From contig CM022677.1 in the NCBI GenBank assembly GCA_012295275.1, positions 9,982,001-10,046,000 of the forward strand: DNA of 64,000 nt, written 5' to 3'. The stretch comes from Chrysomallon squamiferum. Its lineage: Eukaryota; Animalia; Mollusca. The notes under the pieces are model-generated. The model was given only the letters and a program-made list of their open reading frames with translations, ran no database searches and was not told the origin of the DNA. Both the position numbers and the translations under genes were made by a program. Of this stretch, positions 51,784 to 64,000 are shown in pieces; position 1 is the stretch's first letter, and each line of letters begins with the position of its first letter.

Positions 51784-51919
51784 TTGACACTCACACACTC
51801 TCACTCACTCACACGTACCCACCACATCCATCAAAAATAAAATAGGAGAAACAGCAGCACGAACAGAAAGTGCAAATAAAAATATCAATAATAAAAAAAC
51901 AAAGGAAAATGAAAAGAAT

Positions 51920-52680
51920 ATAAAATTAGAATATGTTATTTATGTTATAAAAATACTAATGATATAAAGCAACTACAAAAGTAAAATTAAAAAGCTATGC
52001 ACCTATTATGTTAATTTGATTTAAAAATAAAAATAATATATCAATGCTTTATAAAATAAAGTGAAATAAGAAGATGTAAAATTAAATCATTTATGTTACA
52101 AAAATACTAATGACATCAAGGCAACAAAAAAATTTAAAAACAGAATAAGATAAAAAATTAGAATATTAATATCAGGGCAAAAAATAAAGTAAAATAAAGA
52201 TATAATTAGGTATGTTAGTTATATTACAGAAATACTAATGCTATCACTACAAAACAACACAAAAAGAAGACAATTATGTTAGAAATATATAAATGTTAAT
52301 AACAACAGTATCAGTAAAAGTGATTTTAAAACTACACAAACAAATCTCAGACCTAAAAAACGCAATAAAAAGGAAATAATAAAATCAGTGACATTGTGGC
52401 AATTTAGATTATAATATTCTTGTAAGTTTAGTATTAAAATGTCTGAATATAATTTGAATTTCTGTTTGAAATGTGTGTATGTGTGTTTGCATGGGTGAGT
52501 GTAACGCTTATTATGTATGTAATCTGTACTTCAGTGAAAGGGAAAAAATAAAATCAATTACATTATGACAGTGTAGATTATAATATTCATAGGTAATAAG
52601 TTTAATATCAAAATGTCTCTAGTATAATTTGAATTTATGTTTGAAATGTGTGTATGTGTGTGCAGTGGTGAGTGTGTATG
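51920..52680. repeat. Diverged AT-rich tandem repeats (~140 bp x3, then ~170 bp x2)
   Basis: ttat(g/a)tta(t/c)a(a/g)aaatactaatg occurs at ~51940, 52091 and 52219. tataatttgaattt(c/a)tgtttgaaatgtgtgtatgtgtg occurs at 52448 and 52623. Confidence 0.7.
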
Positions 52681-52732
52681 TATGCATGTACATAGACATG
52701 GATGACGTGCATGCATACATCTGTATGTTTTC

Positions 52733-52949
52733 CTGTTAGCTCATTTCAGGTCACTGACAAACTCTGCTGACTGCTGATGTCTGATTTCTGAGTTTTTAGA
52801 GATTTTCTCTAGAGCAGCCACTAACACTTGTACTCTGAATTTGAGTCGTTTTTCTCTTCTGAGCAACTCATACAGGTCCTGAGCTACATCACATCAGTCA
52901 ATCTCAACTCGGAGATATCTGGCGCTGTCAGCTCATCATCTTCATCATC
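52733..52949 (-). pseudogene. MCC: Isolated, disabled exon of an MCC (colorectal mutant cancer protein) homologue
   Basis: Translation DVAQDLYELLRREKRLKFRVQVLVAALEKISKNSEIRHQQSAEFVSDLK*ANR matches the MCC C-terminal coiled coil as I recall it (IRREKKLKARVQELVSALERLTKSSEIRHQQSAEFVNDLKRANS). Acceptor CAG at 52950-52952, frameshift at ~52890, TGA at 52741-52743, donor reads GA instead of GT. Confidence 0.85.
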
Positions 52950-54009
52950 CTGATGATAAATGATTAGACATTGAACATTTTACTAATTACGAAAGCTATC
53001 AGATTATAATCATGACATACAATGAAAAATTCATTAAAATATTTAAATAATAAAATTAAAAATTATAAAAACCATATTTCATCATTCTGATGGTTTAATA
53101 TCAAAAGAATTGTAATAAGTAATTATCAGATTATCATCATCATCTTGATGGTAAATGATTGAAACTCAGTTACATAATAAAATCAAAATTATTAAAGCTG
53201 TCAGTTGATCATCTTGATGATTCTACATTTAAAAGATTTAAAATTTAAAAAAGTAATTATGAAGAACAGAATCAGTAGTTATGGCATACAAAATAAATAT
53301 TATGACAAAACCTATTATGGTGTTATTATTTCATTATTTATACATTTCTGTTACACTATATTCTTAGAAAACACACAATTTAACATTAGAATAAAGAGAT
53401 GTGATAAACAGTATCAGTAATTATGACACAAAATCATTTATTTACGTGATTAATATAGTAAGCTATTATAATTTAGTTTTCTGTTTATATGAACAAGTCA
53501 GTGTATTTAGAATAAAATAAAAGACAGTCTATCAACATGTCTCTGCCGAATTAAGAATACTCACATAATAAAATAAATAGACAGTCTATCAAGTATTTTA
53601 TTATTATTTAGTTTTTTTCTGATTAAATCAAGGTTTAAAACACATAATGATTTAACAATAATGATGTATGTTATTATTATATTTGGTTTCCTGGGTTATA
53701 TAAATATATCTGTCTATCTAGAACAGATGAAGTAAGACATAATTACATGTTTCTGTTTGCCCAGTCCGTTTATATATATATATATATATACTATCTGTTT
53801 AATACTGAAATATTAAAATAAAAATGAAAACACATTATATTGCTCATAAATGTTGTTGTTGCAAACATAATAAAATTAAGAATGAAAAAAGTAAATAAAT
53901 GAATAAAAAAGAACAAACCAGACAGACAATGAAACAAGTCTATACAAGTTTCCTGCTCTGTTGACACTATGTGTCAACTGAGGTGTAATAATTATACAAA
54001 AATATATTT

Positions 54010-55334
54010 GTTGGTGCAGAAAGGTTTTTTTGGGGGTGTTTTCTGTGTGATCAGAACAGTTGCATTTCCAGTGAAAGAATTAAATATTTCTTCCTTCTTA
54101 CTGACATTAACTTTTCTCAACAACTGAGCAGAATTCTAAATATCGTGGTGTAGCTGGTCATTGATTATAAACTAGATTTAAAGACAGAATGAAAAATAAA
54201 CAAAAATATAAAAAAATGAAACATCTCTTGATTTGTTTACCAAGTTTATTCTTCAAAACAAATGGTAGTTCTAAATACTGTGTTATAGTTTCAAATTCAG
54301 CTATAAGCTTCAGAAAAAGAAAACAGAATCATGTGGGTTGTTGTTAACAGGTTTTTAATAATATTTATATTATGTGTATAATCAACATACTTTTGCTGTT
54401 TTTAACCTGTCAGGACATCTGACCTTTGACCATGGACAGTGACTGGCTGATGCAATGTTTTAACGCAATAAGTGAACAGGAAATATGGTCACATTGTGTG
54501 CTTTATCTTCTCTGTGACTTCTGATGTTCCATGTAAGGTGTGTCAGCCAAAGGGATGCAACTTGAGGTTTGTCTGCTTCAGCTTTTTGTTTTGGCTGTAA
54601 ATTGTAATAAACAACTTTTTCAATCTTCACATTTTATGTTAACAGTGAGAGAACAAAAACAATAATAAAAAACACAACAAATTCAAAACACACTTTTGAT
54701 ATTTTTGTTTACAAATAACTGCCTGTTCCCAGCAACAAGGTAAGGCTATTGGTATCACAGCCAATATTCAAGAATTTATGAGAAAAACAATTAATCCTAG
54801 TCTTACTGGGTTATATCTGACAAACAAATAAAAAAAAAAAAAAAAGTTAATAAGAAATATGATTTGCTAAATGATTATAAAATATGTACCACACATTTTG
54901 CAATCATTGGTGATAAATAATAATGAAAATTTAATGGCATTAAATGAAATATGTACAATCTGTGTCAGCATCACCAGGTAGATTAATACTGTGATACTGT
55001 CACATGACACAGATTGTATAAGTTATACTGTTTATTATTACTCTACCTGGAGATGGTGGTCTTCTGTAGGTGGTGCCCATGTCTGTCCATTTTTCAAGTA
55101 CAATGCAGGAAACTAACAGAAAAACAAAAACAAAATAATTAATTTTAAAAAATTATGTTATATTATTTGGATTTACAAAAATAATTTTGTGACATAATAA
55201 ATAAATAAATAAATTTATATTAAAAAAATAATTTTTAAAAAACAGAAGAAAAAAGAAAAATCAATATATTAATTATAAAACAATGAGACAAAAATATGTA
55301 GATGAGAACTGAGACTTTTCAAAATTTAATTACA

Positions 55335-55384
<50 letters not shown>

Positions 55385-57119
55385 TAATTCAAGAAAACTA
55401 TGAATATCAAAATAGAATATTGCACACAAATACATTAGATATTTTACATTATAAATACTATCGGTAATAATTAATGCAGTATCGCATCTTTAATTTATTA
55501 TAACAGTTAACCACTTACTAAGTTTAGTAACAAATTTTCCATGAAAATTAATCAAATGCTCTATATAGTGCATATAATAATACACATCAATAAAGCTTAA
55601 ACACATAAATCTAAGAATAACAGATTTCAATATTAAATTTAGCAATGGGTTAATTTAGATTAATAATAAAATTAGCAGGGCTTTAAAAATAAGAAAATTA
55701 ATAAACAGATGAGCAATCTAATTTAACCAAAACATAACCTGCAAATAAAGATTCAAAACAAAATTTAACAGAAAAGATCATTTATGATATTAAACTTAGA
55801 GCCCTGTAATAATAACTCATGTTATACAGTTATAATCGATGATGAAGAGGATTAAAATGGAGAAATTTACATATTGCTACATGAATATTTTGTAAATGAT
55901 AAATCAATTAATCTATAAATAAATGATAATAATGAAAAATATAAATAATAATAATAATAATGATGAAATGATGATGATGATAATAAGAAAATGGTGATTT
56001 CTAACTACATTATTTTGATGCATGTTTCAATATGGTATAAATTCTGAAAATTCTGTGGAATGATTCCTGTGGAACGGTTGCTGTCCCCTAAACATTCTTG
56101 GTAACTAGTTCTATAGATATTTGCTGTTTTCATTGTATTACCCTGTATGTGATTGATGTGACAGATTACAATATTTCTATTCATCTATTTTATTCTTTAC
56201 TACAATACTGAATGTTCAGCTAGTGTAAATACAGTTTATAAAAGTGTCTTGTGTTTGTTCTGTTCTAGTGATACGGTATTTATAATATACTGCATACATA
56301 GATCCCATACTGACCACAAGAGCAAGTCAACTCAGGTAGTACCTGCCCGGGACAGATACACATTTACAACTTAGGGGAATTCCCATGGCACCAAGTAAAG
56401 CATTATAATGATAATGTTAATATAATAATAAAAATAACAATTAACAAAACAGCAAATAACTGATTATTATTACACTGTTTTATTGTTAATTAAGATTTGT
56501 CTCTAAGACATAAATGATAAAATAAAAGAAACTCACAATTCAGAATGCATGAGAATGGTTTCTGTAACAGCTGATTCATCCTTTCCCATGATGTAAGTTA
56601 CCTTTCTAGACAGCACCTCAATAATACTGAAATAATACTACATAAAATATTTAACATTAGTAGTAAGTATATAGTTTATTAATTTTAATAAAAACATGAT
56701 ATTTTTTTAATCAATCTACATTTGTCAGACAAACGCATTTTTTCTGCTTATTATCATATTTCAGTTATTTTTATTTATGTAGGAAATTAGCCAAGACACA
56801 GGTACACACACATACAGCCAATATCTCTCTCTCTCTCTCTCACACATATACATTATATATATATATATATATACACTCTCTCTCTCACACAGACATATAT
56901 ATATATATATATATACACTCTCTCTCTCTCTCATTGACTTTGCAGTAAAGTAATCATTATCTCTAGGTAAAGATTTAAGGCAACTAAGTAAACTTTAGTT
57001 TTGACAAAACAGTTTAGTTGTGTGTTATCACTAACAATAACAAGCTCAAAAGACAGGACAAAAATTACAAACACAGGTTGTAGAAATGTTCTAACTTTAA
57101 GTATACAATCAAGTAATTA

Positions 57120-57150
<31 letters not shown>

Positions 57151-58200
57151 AACTAATAAAACATACCCTGCCACTGTTGAGATGTTTCTGAAAACATTCT
57201 AACACAGGCCTGACACATCACTTGACACCAGACTGCTGATAACATTTTGTGTCATCTAGAAAATTACACAATAATAATAAAATAATAATACTTTTTTAAC
57301 ATGATGATGATAAAAATTAATATCAATAATATTAATAACCATAACAACAACAACAGTAGTAGTAATAGTAGTAATAATACATTAATAGTAAAAATAGCAA
57401 TAATAAAACAATAACGGTAATAATAATTTACTATATACATTTTTATCTATTATTGATTATAATACTAAATAATAAGCATAATATTTGTTAATGAGAAAAA
57501 GAAGGAATGAATGTTTTATTCAACAACATGTATATGGGATCATATTTTTGCTTTTGCATTTATGAAGGAATGTGGTAACTATACTGTAGAAAAGTGTCAT
57601 GACCAGGAAACACAAATTTCTTCATAGATAATTTTCAGAGCATTTATTTTTCGATTTTTGATGAATAATTATAAGTTTTATATAATATAAAGCCTGAAAC
57701 TTGAGGTAATTCAAACAAAATGACAGTGTACATAATAACTTTAATAATTAGAATATATTATATTTATCTTGAAATATTTGAAATTTATAAAATATTTCAC
57801 TCACATCTCATTTTCTCCAAATGCTTTCTGCAAAATCCATGCCGGCGATGAATTTAATTTGGCCTGGCAAACATCAAAAATAAATAAATGTTAATAATGA
57901 TACGAAGAAGAAAATGAAAAACAGTAACTGAGTAATAATGATTTTAAAAATAACAATAAATTGAATAATAAAAATTAAAAGTCGTAATAATAGTAATAAT
58001 AATAAAATGAAGATGAAGAAAAAGAAAAAACCATTCCATCATCCATGGTAAGAATTTCAGCCAGGACGTGACATTCTCTCTTTCAAATCTTTGATACCTC
58101 AGTGCTAAGAATTCGCGCGAATCTCCGAATCGGAGTCGCGCTACCATTCGCGCAAAATAAAACATCCGAATCCATTTGGATTCGTATGATATATTTCAAA
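54010..58200 (-). pseudogene. Second chain of decayed exons, partly paralogous to the 30.2-30.7 kb exons
   Basis: Splice-bounded islands at ~58097-58200 (CpG-rich), ~57805-57863, 57167-57255, 56536-56626 (IIEVLSRKVTYIMGKDESAV vs FVQLLASKGIYVMEKDESAV at 30.3 kb), 55047-55112, ~54720-54816, 54407-54594 and ~54010-54171. Confidence 0.6.
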
Positions 58201-59202
58201 AATTCTATTAAACTCGACAACGAGTAAAACGTTATCGAATTAAAAACAAAAATGCGTAGCATACATAGGAATCTCTGTATGTTCAAAACATCGTGGTTTA
58301 TCGAGACTAGTCTGGCCTGAGTCCTAGCGGTGGTTGACCCATTTCTATGAACCAAATTACCAAGAAACAGAACCGAAAGGAACATGTTTGTGTTACCGCA
58401 TCTATTTTTTCGGTAGGCGAACTTCTTCGATCCCCATATGCAGAGACTGGTCCTAACCTACAAATATATAATATCCTACATATGCATCTATATACCCACT
58501 ACACAACTACAAAAAATAGCAAAAATATTAAATTTACATGGCTGAAATAAGATTTATTCTTTGTTTTGTTTTTTTCGCGTCAGCTGATTTCCGCTATCTT
58601 TAATATCACAACATGCACGATGTCGACCGAGGTATCACACAGTTGTGGCTAAACACCTTTCAGACAATCAGAGGCTGAGAACTGTCACAGGATCAGTATA
58701 CGTACACTTCCCCTACAGAGTAATATTACAATGCGGGATGTGGAACACGGATGAGAGAATGAAAGGAATAAATAAGTAAACATGCAAAAGAAAATATTAT
58801 AGAAATTATGAACTATGTTAGAATTAAAACAAAACAAATATAATTAGAATGAAAAGAACGAAACAATAAAGGTACGAGAGACAGAATTAAAAATGATAAT
58901 AAATTAAATAAATTAAAATAAAAAATCGTATAATCGACCGCTTGGAAAATAAGATGAGATATTTAGAAGGTCACTGTAAGTTCAAGCTGAGAGCACAGTT
59001 AGAAATGGTGTTAGCATCAGAATTAATTTCAGTCTCTTCGTTAGGGTTACGTTTAAGGTAGGTTATGGTTAGGATGAGGGTTATTTAAATTTTATTATCA
59101 ATGTTACGATAATGTTCAAAATAATTTTACGGTCATGAGGAGCAGCGTTAACGTAAGAATCAAAGTTGTGGCCTTGGGTGGGATTACATTTAGAAGCTGA
59201 GC

Positions 59203-59224
59203 TAGGGTTAGGGTTAGGGTTAGG
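59203..59224 (+). repeat. Short interstitial (TTAGGG)n tract
   Basis: tagggttagggttagggttagg, with degenerate units at 59041-59083. Confidence 0.8.
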
Positions 59225-59654
59225 ATAAGCACATAAACCTGGGAGAACTGAGCTGGAGCCATGGAGAAGTTGCCATCCATGAAGCTGGCAGTCGCCGTGG
59301 CCAGGCGCCTGAGTCCCAGTTCTGTACTAAAGGCGATGATCCTGCTAACAGCCTCTGGTCCAGTGTCGTAGAGTAGGAATGGCTCTGGATAAGGGCCAGC
59401 GGTCTTCTGTCACTCATCTGGTAGCTATGAACTCAGAGAGGTGCTGTGGTACTGGAGGAGTCTTGTGTTAGTTGTGTAAACTGCGCTTAGTGTTCTCGAT
59501 TGGTAGGCGAAGATCTGTGATGGCTTTTCCAGTGAGTTCGCAGCTTAATCATGCATGGCGCTGCGAACTTGGTGTCTGAGATCTCAGTGTCATCAGGTGC
59601 ATGAACGACCGGGTTCAGTCATATCTGCCGTAGAGCTGAGTGTAACCACACAAC
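59225..59654 (-). mobile_element. MULE (FLYWCH-type Mutator) transposase fragment
   Basis: Minus strand: PFLLYDTGPEAVSRIIAFSTELGLRRLATATASFMDGNFSMAPAQFSQVYVL, the MDGTF-type first catalytic Asp motif. It is truncated at the TTAGGG tract. Confidence 0.88.
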
Positions 59655-60959
59655 CTACAAAGACATGATATAACACTAATTAATACCAGAATATGAAGTC
59701 ATTGGGAAATATTGATATTCAAACCTTAGACCCGTCCTATAACTTTTTACTGTGATCTGAAGAAATATACATGAATTTCCCGCCCATCCAATTAAATCGC
59801 ATTCATTAACACATCATTGCATTTCAGAAATTTAAAATATAAATACATACCAAGACTGACTTTCTTGGAGTACTTCCACCAAATCTTATTCTTCCTAGTA
59901 GCTAACTTGGTATACATGTGGCCATGATAACAAATTTTTGATCCACCTTACTGACTCCATAGTAATTTTATTGATATGTTTGTGGAATGTATTCTAATGA
60001 TGGCACTAATGAGTCTTAGGAATGGTGCTCCCTCACAGCTTTTATATTCATAGCATGGGTAATTAAGTTGGAAGCCATCTGGGAAGCCATATAATGGGAT
60101 AGATCTGAAGATAAGATAAAGGGATAGATCTGAGGACATAAAGAGAAGGGATTATCCTTTGAATGGATCCAATGGCTTCTTAAAGAAAACGATAAATGAG
60201 ACATTTAAAGAACCCATTGGATAGGTCAAGAACTCAATGACAATTAAAACTCAGTTGGGTAACTTAATTGGGAAACTGACTTATGTTAGAGATATGTAGA
60301 GATATAGATTGATACAGTATTTATGGTGAAACATACGGATTATCAATTGGGGAATGATAATTAATGGGTGAAAGCTGCATATTTATGATGAATATTGAAG
60401 AAGCATCAAAAATATTGTTTAACACAAAAAATAATTTGAAATACCTTTAACATATTTAAATGAGGAATTTTAGTATAAATGTAGTGTTTCGTTCTTTCCG
60501 TTTCTTTTTTTTTTCCTGTTACTTTTTTCTGTTTCTTTCTTTCCTACAACCATATTTTTAATACAAAAACATTTGTTCTCAACTGTTTTAAATCCTGACA
60601 TCTGCAAAATCAAACTCATTGCATCTTATCTAAAAACAATAAATGGAAAATTGTGCTGAAATTGTTTCAATTTCTTAACATTAAAAATATTAAGGCACAT
60701 TCAAATAATTTAAAACAAACAAACAAACAAAAAAAAAAAAAAAAAAAAAAAAAAAGAAAAAAAAATAATCTTTGTGTGTTTTTATTTTTATTATGTATAT
60801 AATTTATCAAAATCTGTTGTCTGTCAACCAGCAAAAGATAATCTGACATAATCATTATCTTGTTCGAGTTTATGAAAACAAACATTCAAAGCACAAGTTG
60901 AACATCAGTCATGCTGTACATCTCTCTCTCTCTCGCTCTCTCAACTCAGTCTTTGTTGT

Positions 60960-61624
60960 CTATTTACAAACACGTTAAATAGAGTTATTTCCCTTAGACC
61001 ATTAATGCATATGCAATGTCAAGCTAAATTCGATTTACTATGTTTAGATGAATTCGGCTAATTCTATAAATGTTTTAGAGCAAAATATTCTAATATTAAA
61101 TTATATTAAATTCAAAAGGTTATAAAGAGCCAGTTTCCATTATTTGTTAAATAAACATTTGATTTATTATTATTACTTAATTAATTTTTGAAAATTTCCT
61201 TTTTCGGTTAAAACATTTATTTATTCTTTTATTTCATTTTCGATTTGTCTCGAGTAAAAACAGTGAATTTTTATACAACCTATACTCTCTAAATCTTAAG
61301 CAGTCAAGATCACTCAGGGTTTCTTCGTGTGATATCTGCTTTGGTTTTATATAATAGAAATAAGTGAATAGTTCCTATTTAAGATTGTCATTTTTTGTTC
61401 AGTAGTAAACGTATTTGTAGCAAACGCAACATGTCACGCGAGGTCTCGATTACGTCATTCGTTTTACAAACTACACCAGGTATAAAAAGTTTCAGAGGCG
61501 GAGAAAATGCTGAATCTTTTTTAAAAATAAAATAAAATATACAGGAAACGGTGAAGATGTTGAAGTGAATATAAACTACTCTGCTGGATAGGCTTAATGT
61601 TTTTTTGTTTTCTTTTTCTTTTTC

Positions 61625-61684
<60 letters not shown>

Positions 61685-63171
61685 GGAAACGTGAGAAGAA
61701 TGGTGGAAACTGAGTTACGCTTTACTTGAACAAGAACATTTTGTTTTCGTTACTGCAAAACAAAGGACATTTGAGCTGCTGTGTACAGGGACAAGCGCAG
61801 TATTCTATTGAGATAAAACACAAATAATTAACTTAGTTAACAAAATAAATAAATAAATAAATTTATTAATATTAACCTCGAAAATCCTTCAGTATTTTGA
61901 GTATACACTGAACCTCTCTCTGTGTGTGTGTGTGTGTGTGTTGATAATTGTTTCTTTATAATGACGAGAGTAATACTATCTGACATAACGACATTAAAGA
62001 TCAAAACAACAACAGTCTTAGTCTTTCTGATTTATTGAAACAATTATTTCTGAGTGACTTTTATTTTATTTTATTTTTTTCAACACTCAGTCTTTTTGGT
62101 ATATTTACCAACATGTTAAATAGAGTTATTTCCCTTAGACCACGAACTTCTGAAATAGGTTACTTCTCGCATCTGCGATGTGACAGTATATTAGATTTGC
62201 TCATTTTTAGATAAAAAGAACTAATTCTGTATAATGTTTTGTAGTAGACAGAACCAACTTACTATCTTTTAAATAACAGTTTCCTTTATTTTTGGTTTAT
62301 TTAATGTGTTATTATTATTTATTAAATCATTGTAAAATGTTTATTTCATTTAATGTTTTTCATTTAATATATATATTTTTTTTTATTTTTTTTTATTTTA
62401 GGAAAGGCGCAGGAGTCAAGGTTTGATATGAACAACCATCCTTATCAGTGTAAATCAGAAAAAGTTCAGAAAATAGACGTAAAATAATTGAATCTGAAAG
62501 TTTAAAAACTTCCATGACCTCACGGAAAATACCGATCGAAACCGACGATCACAGCATCGAACGCCGATCAATGTTTACAAACTTTTAAACATGTAGTCCT
62601 TTATAATCAATTCTATTTGGATTATTAAAGGTAATTTGGGGAAGTATGTCATATAACCAATGCGTCTTATACATAGATTGAGAAGTAACTGTTGTAAAGG
62701 TAGAAACATTTTTTTGTTGTTGTTTTAGTTTGTACCGTTGACGTATTATACCATGTCGTACCTATTTCGTATTATACATTTTTTCAGATATTATTAGACG
62801 TCGCCAGCCAATAATAATAATTAATTAATAAATAGATAGATAAATAAATAATAATAAAAAAAAATATTAGAATAAAATTAAATAATTGAAATAAAATTCA
62901 AAAAAAAAAAAAAATTTCACTGACGCTGGTGGATGAATATTCTCTTTAGGTACCATAATGTGGACTCGTTACTCTTTCAAAACTCCATAGCGGACGTCTC
63001 TGAGTACGTAGATGTAAACCGATACTTGAAACCATTATAAATTTTAATTTTAATATTTAGTTCCATTTTCAATGCATTAGAGATGGTATTTACATGGAAA
63101 AAGCAAACTGATCACGTGTTATTTGAATGATTGCTTTGATACATTCGCTGTAATGCCTGATAACAGTTTTA

Positions 63172-63203
<32 letters not shown>

Positions 63204-64000
63204 GTAAAGTTCCTTCAAAAATTAATTTTTCACTCTTCTTCATTAAAACAAAAAGCATTCAACTTCTGAAACAAGTACTATTATGTATGCAATCAACGGG
63301 TTTCCTATTTTAATTTTAAAAAAACTTAACATTCAGTAATTTAACTAAAATGCCTGACATTTTTTATATGAATTATTTTCAATTTACAGGTGGAAATTGT
63401 CAAGTCAGTGTCAGATTTTGTATTATTTTTAAAGACATGGACAAAGACAGAGTTTTTCAGATTTCACTCTCTCCCTTACAGTACAAGGCAGGTCAGAGCT
63501 GAAGATTCAGAGGAGTATTCACAATTTTATGGATTTCAGCTTTGAAAAACACTAGTGTGGTGTATTATTATTATTATTACATTTTTATCTTCTGTTTATA
63601 TTGCTTAACTTTAACATATTTTAATCTACTCAGTGCATTCTTCTTGTTTAGTATTAGTAAATCTTTCATAAAGAAATATTTTCACTTATTTTTATGAATT
63701 TAGATATAAAAAGATAAGTTAGTCTTTTTCTAAAGTTTTTGTAAAATTTATAGTTATACTTTTTCAAAGATCTGTATTTTCGTTTAAATTATTTGTTATT
63801 TATTATTAAAATCTATTACAGTAAGAGACAGATGATGTTTATTTATAATAATTTCTTTCTAATAGATTAAAGACAATGGAAAAATAGTTATTATTTGTAT
63901 TAAATTTTATTATTGTATCTACAGGAAAGACATGATTCTGGAATCAGCTTCAGTTACAAGAATATGGAGAAGACTATAAAGATTACTTGAAATAGTTGAG
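60960..64000 (+). repeat. Recurrent multi-kb module, copy 3 (most complete; runs off the window end)
   Basis: 62080-62700 closely matches 1395-2015, and 63391-63948 matches 2026-2615. 60960-61250 is an additional older partial copy (gttaaatagagttatttcccttagacca). 61250-61915 matches rc of 19730-19797, 18470-18690 and 15960-16210. Confidence 0.9.

Noticed and set aside
56340-56396. HLQLRGIPM(G)TK, resembling a Penelope-type RT motif
   Set aside because: Only ~12 residues, needs a frameshift, and the flanks lack supporting RT motifs.

Overview
AT-rich, microsatellite-dense eukaryotic DNA with spliceosomal introns. It looks like an invertebrate animal, plausibly a mollusc, which is an inference from the TRIM-NHL gene style and the TE families. 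No intact conserved gene is evident. The window is a mosaic of decayed transposons: three hAT lineages, two MULE/FLYWCH-type fragments, a piggyBac, CR1/L2-like LINE pieces and a solo LTR with a visible empty site. These are mixed with intron-containing gene fragments: an LRR gene piece at 7.2-10 kb, an isolated MCC exon at 52.7 kb, and a B-box-less RING/coiled-coil/NHL TRIM gene with a broken NHL part at 49-51 kb. Two minus-strand chains of exon-like segments (20-37 kb and 53-58 kb) share paralogous exons; the first includes an intron-containing hAT transposase. A multi-kb non-coding module recurs at 0.6-2.6 kb (+), 12.4-19.9 kb (-) and 61-64 kb (+), creating nested large inverted repeats and a ~61 kb direct repeat. 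The overall picture suggests a gene-capturing duplication hub or giant composite element. All alignments and translations were done by eye.
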